From Myxococcota bacterium (GTDB lineage Bacteria > Myxococcota_A > Polyangia > Polyangiales > Sandaracinaceae), in NCBI GenBank assembly GCA_036149055.1, contig JAYZQJ010000265.1, positions 1-21,152 of the forward strand: a DNA stretch of 21,152 bases, read 5' to 3'. The position numbers were made by a program, and so were the translations under genes. Numbering within the stretch: position 1 is the stretch's first letter; the number at the start of each line of letters is the position of its first letter. A model generated the notes under the pieces. The model did no database searches. It was given only the letters and a program-made list of their open reading frames with translations, and was not told where the DNA came from. Shown piece by piece: positions 15,946-21,152 of the stretch.

Positions 15946-15981
15946 CCCGTGCCCCTGCCCGTGCCCGTGCCCCTGCCCGCG
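15946..15981. repeat. Hexamer tandem repeat CCCSTG (6 units) between convergent genes
   Basis: CCCGTG CCCCTG CCCGTG CCCGTG CCCCTG CCCGCG. Confidence 0.85.
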
Positions 15982-15984
15982 GAA

Positions 15985-17298
15985 CTAAAGCGTCTTCACG
16001 AGCACGCGCGAGCGGCGGCGCTTGTCGTAGGTCGCGCGCCGCGCCTTCGGCAGCGCCCGCACGCCGCTCGGCTCGAAGCCGCGCTCCTGGAAGAAGTGCG
16101 CGCTGCGGGTGGTGAGCACGAAGAGGCGCGTCAGCCCGAGCTCCCGGGCGCGCTCCTCCATGCGGTCGAGCAGCGCCTCGCCGCGGCCGGCCTCGCGATA
16201 GCGCGGGTTCATCGCCACGCAGTAGAGCTCGCCCATCTGCTCCTCCTCGAAGGGCTCGAGCGCCGCGCAGCCGATCACCATGCCGTCGCGCTCCACCACC
16301 ACGAAGCGCTCGACCTCCATCTCGAGCCGCTCGCGGCCGCGCCGGATGAGGATGCCCTCCTCCTCGAGCGGCCGGAGCAGGACCGAGAGCGGGCCCACGT
16401 CCTCGAGGCGCGCCGGCCGCATGTCCTCGTAGGTCTCGCTCGTGACCAGGGTGCCGGCGCCCTCGCGGGTGAACAGCTCGCTCAGCAGCGCACCGTCCTT
16501 GCGGCGGTCCACGAGGTGCGCGCGCCGGACCCCGCCCCGGACCGCGGCTGACGCGGCGGCGAGGTGCTTGCGCACGTCCGGCACGTGCCGGCTCTTGATC
16601 GCGACGACCGCGTCCGCCGCGGCGGGCGAGAGCTGCGGGATGAGCCGGCGGCGGCCGTCGACGACGCCGCGACCCTCGATGAAGCCGATCAGCTTGTCGG
16701 CGCCCAGCGCGATCGACACCGCCCGCGCGACGTCGTGCGACGCGAGGTTGAACGACTCGCCGGTGGGCGAGGTGCCGAGCGGGCTGAGCAGCACGATGGC
16801 GCCCGCGTCGAGCTGGCGGCGCACGCCCTCCACGTCCACCCGGCGCACCTCGCCGGTGTAGAGATAGTCGACGCCGTCGCGCACGCCGACCGGCCGCGCG
16901 GTGACGAAGTTGCCGCCCACCACCCGGATGCGCGCGCCGGCCATCGGCGTGTTGGAGGAGCCCATCGAGAGCATCTGCTCGAAGCGGGCCCGGGCCGCGC
17001 CCACCGCCTCCATCACGCAGGTGAGGGTCGGCCGGTCGGTGACCCGGAGCTCGTCGACGATGCGGCTCTTGATCTTGCGATCCTTCAGCCGTCGCTCGAT
17101 CTGCGGGCGCGTGCCGTGCACGAGCACCACCCGCACGCCCAGGCCGTGCAGGAGCGCGATGTCGAACATCAGGCGATCGAAGCCCTTCTCCAGGGCCGCC
17201 TCGCCGCCGACCATCAGGACGAAGGTCTTGCCGCGGTGCCCGTGGATGTAGGGCGCGGCCATGCGGAAGCTGTCGACGAAGGACGCGTGCTCGGTCAT
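15985..17298 (-). CDS. argA: Amino-acid N-acetyltransferase (N-acetylglutamate synthase, AAK + GNAT domains), 437 aa
   Basis: C-terminal part of ORF 15985..19656: FRMAAPYIHGHRGKTFV, VLVHGTRPQIE, GNFVTARPVGVRDGVDY, SPTGESFNL, LLSELFTREGAGT, LFVLTTRSAHFFQERGF. ATGA overlap with argE. Confidence 0.95.
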   Translation of the reverse strand: MTEHASFVDSFRMAAPYIHGHRGKTFVLMVGGEAALEKGFDRLMFDIALLHGLGVRVVLVHGTRPQIERRLKDRKIKSRIVDELRVTDRPTLTCVMEAVGAARARFEQMLSMGSSNTPMAGARIRVVGGNFVTARPVGVRDGVDYLYTGEVRRVDVEGVRRQLDAGAIVLLSPLGTSPTGESFNLASHDVARAVSIALGADKLIGFIEGRGVVDGRRRLIPQLSPAAADAVVAIKSRHVPDVRKHLAAASAAVRGGVRRAHLVDRRKDGALLSELFTREGAGTLVTSETYEDMRPARLEDVGPLSVLLRPLEEEGILIRRGRERLEMEVERFVVVERDGMVIGCAALEPFEEEQMGELYCVAMNPRYREAGRGEALLDRMEERARELGLTRLFVLTTRSAHFFQERGFEPSGVRALPKARRATYDKRRRSRVLVKTL

Positions 17299-18437
17299 GC
17301 GGTGCAGCTCTCGGCGATCAGGGCGCGGAGGAGATCGAGGGTGGGCGTGATCCGGTCGAGCGGCAGGTGCTCGTCCGGCTGGTGCGCCACCGAGATGTCG
17401 CCCGGGCCGAGCACCACCGTCTCCATGCCGAGCTGGGAGAGGAACGGCGCCTCGGTGCCGAACGACACGCCGGTGGCCGTGTGCCCGGTCAGGCGCTCGC
17501 AGGCCTGCACCAGCGCGCTGTCGGCCGGCGTCTCGAAGGGCGGCAGCCCGTCGGTGAGCGCGAGGTGCGCCACCGAGAGGCCGCGGCCCTTCACCGCCTC
17601 GGCGACCGCGCCGTGCACGTCGGCCCGGAGGTCCGCGAGCGCCATGCCGGGCAGGAGGCGCACGTCGTAGTCGAGCGCGCAGTGGGCGCAGATCCGGTTC
17701 GGGTTGTCGCCGCCCTCGATGCGGCCGAAGTTCATCGTCGGGTGCGGCGGGTCGAGCTCGGCGTTCCGGTGCTGCTCGGCCAGGCGCTCGCGGAGCTCGA
17801 TCAGGGCGCTCATCGCCGCGTGCATGCCGTCGAGCGCGCTCGCGCCGAAGCGCGGATCCGACGAGTGGCCGCTCCGACCGGTCAGCTCGAGCCGCTCCAT
17901 CGCCGCGCCCTTGTGCAGGCGGATCGGCCGCAGGCCGGTGGGCTCGCCGATGATCGCCCGGCGCGCCTTCGGCCGGCCCTGCGCGACGAGGGCCTTGGCG
18001 CCGGCCATGCCGGTCTCCTCGTCGGCGGTCGCCAGCAAGATCAGCGGCTCCTTCAGATCGGCGTCGTCGAACGCGCGCGCCGCGTCGACGGCCAGCGCGA
18101 GGAACGCCTTCATGTCGCTGGTGCCGAGCCCGAAGAGCTTGCCGTCGCGCTCGGTGACCGCGAACGGGTCGCTCGACCACTTGCCGTCGTCGTAGGGCAC
18201 GGTGTCGGAGTGGCCGCTGAGCACGAGGCCGCCCGGACCGCGCCCGCGGGTGGCGATCAGGTTCTCCTTGCCCTCCGAGACGGCCACGCGCTCGACCCGC
18301 CAGCCCTCGTCCTCCAGCCAGGTGGAGAGCTCGTCGAGGACGGGCACGTTCCCCATGTCCAGCGCGGGATCCACCGCGCTGATCGACGGCACCGCCACCA
18401 GCCGATCGATCATCTCGCGCACGCTCGGCGTCTTCAT
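17295..18437 (-). CDS. argE: Acetylornithine deacetylase (M20 family), 380 aa
   Basis: GLVLSGHSDTVPYD, GLGTSDMKAF, ADEETGM, IIGEPT, GHSSDP, GGDNPNRIC, FGTEAPFL, GPGDISVAHQPDE; coupled to argA. ATG at 18437 chosen over the upstream TTG. Confidence 0.93.
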   Translation of the reverse strand: MKTPSVREMIDRLVAVPSISAVDPALDMGNVPVLDELSTWLEDEGWRVERVAVSEGKENLIATRGRGPGGLVLSGHSDTVPYDDGKWSSDPFAVTERDGKLFGLGTSDMKAFLALAVDAARAFDDADLKEPLILLATADEETGMAGAKALVAQGRPKARRAIIGEPTGLRPIRLHKGAAMERLELTGRSGHSSDPRFGASALDGMHAAMSALIELRERLAEQHRNAELDPPHPTMNFGRIEGGDNPNRICAHCALDYDVRLLPGMALADLRADVHGAVAEAVKGRGLSVAHLALTDGLPPFETPADSALVQACERLTGHTATGVSFGTEAPFLSQLGMETVVLGPGDISVAHQPDEHLPLDRITPTLDLLRALIAESCTA

Positions 18438-18443
18438 GAGGGC

Positions 18444-18473
18444 ACGCTCTACGTTCGAGGGGCGACTCGTCAA
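18444..18473 (-). promoter_or_regulatory. Candidate sigma70-type promoter directly before the argE ATG
   Basis: Minus strand TTGACG (18473-18468), then TAGAGC at 16-nt or GAGCGT at 18-nt spacing, 6-8 nt before the ATG; no SD. Confidence 0.35.
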
Positions 18474-18501
18474 GCGCGGCGCGGCGGGCTAAGCGTTCGC
18501 G

Positions 18502-19329
18502 GTGACCGCGCTCCTCCACCACGACGTGCTCACCGCGCCGGGCGCGACGCCCACGCGGAGCCTCCTCTTCCTGCACGGCATCCTCGGCCAGGGCGTCAAC
18601 TGGCGCGGCTTCGCGCGGCAGCTCGTGGCCCAGCGGCCCGAGTGGGCGGCGGTGCTCGTCGATCTCCGGGCCCACGGCGACAGCCGCGACGTGCCGGGCG
18701 ACGACGACCTGGCGGGCGCGGCGCGGGATCTGTCGGCGCTGCGCGCCGCGCTCGAGCTCCCGGTCGGCGCGGTCCTCGGCCACAGCTTCGGGGGCAAGGT
18801 CGCGCTCCGCTGGGTGGCCGACGACCCGGGCGCGCTCGAGGCCCTCTTCGTGGTCGACTCGCTCCCCGGCGCCCGGCCGGACCGTCGCGGCAGCGAGGGC
18901 ACGGTCGCGGTGGTCGACCTGCTCGCCGAGCTGCCGGCGCGCTTCGACCGCCGCGAGGACTTCGTCGCCCACGTGGTGGGTCAGGGCCAGCCGGAGACGC
19001 TGGCCCGGTGGCTCGCGCAGAGCCTCGACCGGATCGACGACGGGGGCGGGGTGCGCTTCGGCCTCGACGTCGCGCGGATCCGCGCCCTGCTCGGCGACTA
19101 CTTCGCCACCGATCTCTGGGGCGCGATCGATCCGCCGCCCGGCTCGCTCTCCGCCCACCTCATCATCGGCGGGCGCTCCACCGTCTACGACGCCGACGCC
19201 CGGGCGCGGGCGCGGGAGCTCGCCGCCCGCCACGACCGGGTGCACGCGCACGTGCTCGAGGCGGCCGATCACTGGGTCCACGTCGACGATCCCGAGGGGC
19301 TGCTCGCCATCGTCCAGGAGGCGCTGTGA
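18502..19329 (+). CDS. Alpha/beta hydrolase, YbfF/ABHD11-like esterase, 275 aa
   Basis: LFLHGILGQGVNW, VDLRAHGDS, nucleophile elbow GHSFGGKVA, catalytic His region ADHWVHVDDP. Confidence 0.88.
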   Translation: MTALLHHDVLTAPGATPTRSLLFLHGILGQGVNWRGFARQLVAQRPEWAAVLVDLRAHGDSRDVPGDDDLAGAARDLSALRAALELPVGAVLGHSFGGKVALRWVADDPGALEALFVVDSLPGARPDRRGSEGTVAVVDLLAELPARFDRREDFVAHVVGQGQPETLARWLAQSLDRIDDGGGVRFGLDVARIRALLGDYFATDLWGAIDPPPGSLSAHLIIGGRSTVYDADARARARELAARHDRVHAHVLEAADHWVHVDDPEGLLAIVQEAL

Positions 19330-20654
19330 TGTCGGGAAACGCTGTGATGAACGCGAGCGCAGCGATCGAGGTCGACGTGGTGGTGGTCGGCGGCGGCCCG
19401 GCGGGCGTGTCCGCCGCCGTCGAGGCCGCGCGTCAGGGGCAGGCGGTGGCGCTGGCCGAGGGCGGCCCGATCGGCGGCCGGGCCCTGCACGCGACCATGG
19501 TCCCCTGGCGGCTGCTCGAGCGCGAGGTCGACGTCGACCCGAAGGGCGCCTTCGAGCGGGCCAAGGAGCGGCTGCGCGCGGTGCAGGCGCTGCAAGAGGA
19601 GCGCTGGAGCCTGCGCCTCGAGGACGCCGGCGTGGAGCGGCTGATCGGCCGCGCACGCTTCACCGGCGCGCACGCGCTCACCCTCGAGGACGGCCGCGTC
19701 GTCACCTTCGACCGGGCGGTGGTGGCGGCGGGCGCCGAGGCGCGGCAGCTCGACGGGGCCGCGCCCGACGGCGCGCGCGTGCTGCGCCCGGACGATCTCT
19801 TTGGGCTCGACGCCCTGCCGGACGAGCTGGTGGTGGTGGGCGGCGGCGCCGCCGGGGCCGAGCTGGTCGACTCGCTCTCGCGCACGCCGCGCACGATCAC
19901 CTGGGTGATGGACGAGGTCGGGCTGCTGCCCGCGTTCGACCGGGAGCTCGCCGAGGCGCTCGGCGACGTGGTGATGGAGCGCGGCGTGAAGCTCGTGCAC
20001 GGCAAGCGCCCCGAGCGCGTCGACCTCGTCGACGGCGGCGCGTCGGTCACCCTGCAGGGCGGCAACCGCTATCAGGCCCCGACGGTCGTGGTCGCGATCG
20101 GCAGCCGACCGCGCACCGCGGGGCTGGGCCTCGACGCGCTGGGCCTCGACGGGTTGACGGTCGACGCGTCGTGCCGCACCTCGGTCGCGCACGTGTTCGC
20201 CGCCGGCGAGTGCACCGGGCGCGCGCACAGCAGCGCGGCGGCGGAGGCGATGGGCCGCTGCGCGGGCCTCGGCGCCGCCGGCCTGGAGGCGACCTACGAT
20301 CCGGCCACCGTGCCGCGGGTCGCCCGGACCCGCCCCGAGATCGCGCAGGTCGGCGCGACGCCGGAGGCGGTCGCCGGCAAGGAGGTCGCCTTCCGCTCGC
20401 TCCGCTTCGAGGAGACGCTCGCCGGGCTGCTCGACGAGGTGGGGGAGCGCGACGACCGCAAGGGCTTCGTCCGGGTCGTGTGCGACTCGGCGAGCGGCGC
20501 GGTGCTCGGCGCGACCGCGCTCGGCCGCGGCGCCGGGGAGATCGCGAGCGCCGTCGCGCTGGCGATGCGCATGGGGGTGACCGAAGACGCCCTGGCCGAC
20601 GTCTTCGCGGCGAGCCCGGGCGCGCTCGAGGCGCTCACCCGCGCGGCGCGCTGA
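19329..20654 (+). CDS. Dihydrolipoamide dehydrogenase-like flavoprotein lacking the redox-active disulfide, about 441 aa (alternative ATG 19347)
   Basis: C-terminal part of ORF 17367..20654: DVVVVGGGPAG (FAD), VVVGGGAAGAE (NAD(P)), VFAAGE, TRPEIAQVG and a dimerisation domain (GAVLGA...GEI). TGATG overlap with the hydrolase. Confidence 0.85.
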   Translation: MSGNAVMNASAAIEVDVVVVGGGPAGVSAAVEAARQGQAVALAEGGPIGGRALHATMVPWRLLEREVDVDPKGAFERAKERLRAVQALQEERWSLRLEDAGVERLIGRARFTGAHALTLEDGRVVTFDRAVVAAGAEARQLDGAAPDGARVLRPDDLFGLDALPDELVVVGGGAAGAELVDSLSRTPRTITWVMDEVGLLPAFDRELAEALGDVVMERGVKLVHGKRPERVDLVDGGASVTLQGGNRYQAPTVVVAIGSRPRTAGLGLDALGLDGLTVDASCRTSVAHVFAAGECTGRAHSSAAAEAMGRCAGLGAAGLEATYDPATVPRVARTRPEIAQVGATPEAVAGKEVAFRSLRFEETLAGLLDEVGERDDRKGFVRVVCDSASGAVLGATALGRGAGEIASAVALAMRMGVTEDALADVFAASPGALEALTRAAR

Positions 20655-20930
20655 TCAGCAGGCGATCCCGAAGCTCGGGTTCCGGTCCCAGAGCACGTCG
20701 GACAGGATGGACTGGCCGGTGCGCTCGAGGATGTGGGCGAGGTTGCGCTCGTGCAGCGCCAGCTGGGCGCGGAGCCGGATGGACTCCGCTCCGACGCTGT
20801 GGGGGAGCTGCGCGAGGATCCGCTCCATCTCGGCGAGGATGCGCGCCTCGTCGGTGGTGGGGGTCTCGAGGGCTCCCTTGGCCCGGGCTTCGGCGATCTT
20901 GGCGCTCACGAGGTGACTGGGAATGCTCAT
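20655..20930 (-). CDS. Hypothetical helical protein, 91 aa
   Basis: Strong SD GGAGG 5 nt before ATG 20930 (MSIPSHLVSAKI...); natural-looking composition; the stop abuts the convergent gene. Confidence 0.65.
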   Translation of the reverse strand: MSIPSHLVSAKIAEARAKGALETPTTDEARILAEMERILAQLPHSVGAESIRLRAQLALHERNLAHILERTGQSILSDVLWDRNPSFGIAC

Positions 20931-21020
20931 CACGACCTCCGATGCGGGCGTAGCCGCGTTGATCACGGCGTAGCCACGCTCGAGGGTCCCGGAACGGAAA
21001 GCCGCGAGGGACCTGCCGTT

Positions 21021-21038
21021 CCGTCACGCTCCTGTCAC
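21021..21038. promoter_or_regulatory. Pho-box/OmpR-family-like direct repeat
   Basis: CCGTCAC-gctc-CTGTCAC, 11-bp period, resembling CTGTCAT-N4-CTGTCAY, in non-coding DNA upstream of the 91-aa ORF. Confidence 0.35.
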
Positions 21039-21152
21039 AAAAGATCCGGCGATCGCCACCCTGGGAGGCGATCGCCGGCGCTCGCGACGCGGGGGCGCGC
21101 CCGCCCACGGTGGCGCGGCCCTCGCGGCCCGCGCAGCACGCGGCGCGGGTGG

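Noticed and set aside
15985..20654. Apparent giant fusion ORFs 15985..19656 (-) and 17367..20654 (+)
   Set aside because: Only their C-terminal parts (ArgA; flavoprotein) look like proteins; the upstream parts overlap argE and the hydrolase in other frames, and internal coupled ATGs exist.
1..21152. Many very long alternative ORFs (e.g. 386..2242 +, 2091..4760 +, 7240..10788 -, 7329..10856 +, 10604..13303 -, 12837..15845 -)
   Set aside because: Shadow frames of real genes in very high-GC DNA: Arg/Pro/Ala-rich or antisense-mirror composition and no family motifs.
1..21152. Mobile element, prophage, defence island, tRNA or rRNA
   Set aside because: No transposase, integrase, phage, nuclease or toxin motifs recognised; no obvious compositional shift; intergenic gaps are short and show no cloverleaf.

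Overview
Very GC-rich bacterial chromosomal window, densely coding, with about 19 credible genes. The gene content (multi-TM Ser/Thr kinase, AgmX/PglI-like secreted protein, lipoprotein amylase plus porin) suggests Myxococcota, which is inference only. Left to right: a GCGGNN hexamer tract; a minus-strand cluster of Rdx/SelW-like CxxC protein, LonC-type protease, USP-like protein and PhyH-family dioxygenase (the last three translationally coupled); ndh; sixA; an exported SRPBCC protein; a LamB-like porin plus GH13 lipoprotein; a run of envelope proteins (tandem-domain membrane protein, DUF547, lipoprotein methyltransferase, AgmX/PglI-like protein, 6-TM kinase); argE-argA; a YbfF-like hydrolase coupled to an Lpd-like flavoprotein lacking its catalytic cysteines; and a small orphan ORF. 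No mobile element, CRISPR array or RNA gene was seen. The most notable signals are recurrent -10-like hexamers 6-9 nt before SD-less start codons (possible leaderless expression), the hydrolase plus degenerate Lpd pair, and the LonC-USP-dioxygenase operon. All family calls come from motif recognition by eye, not database searches.
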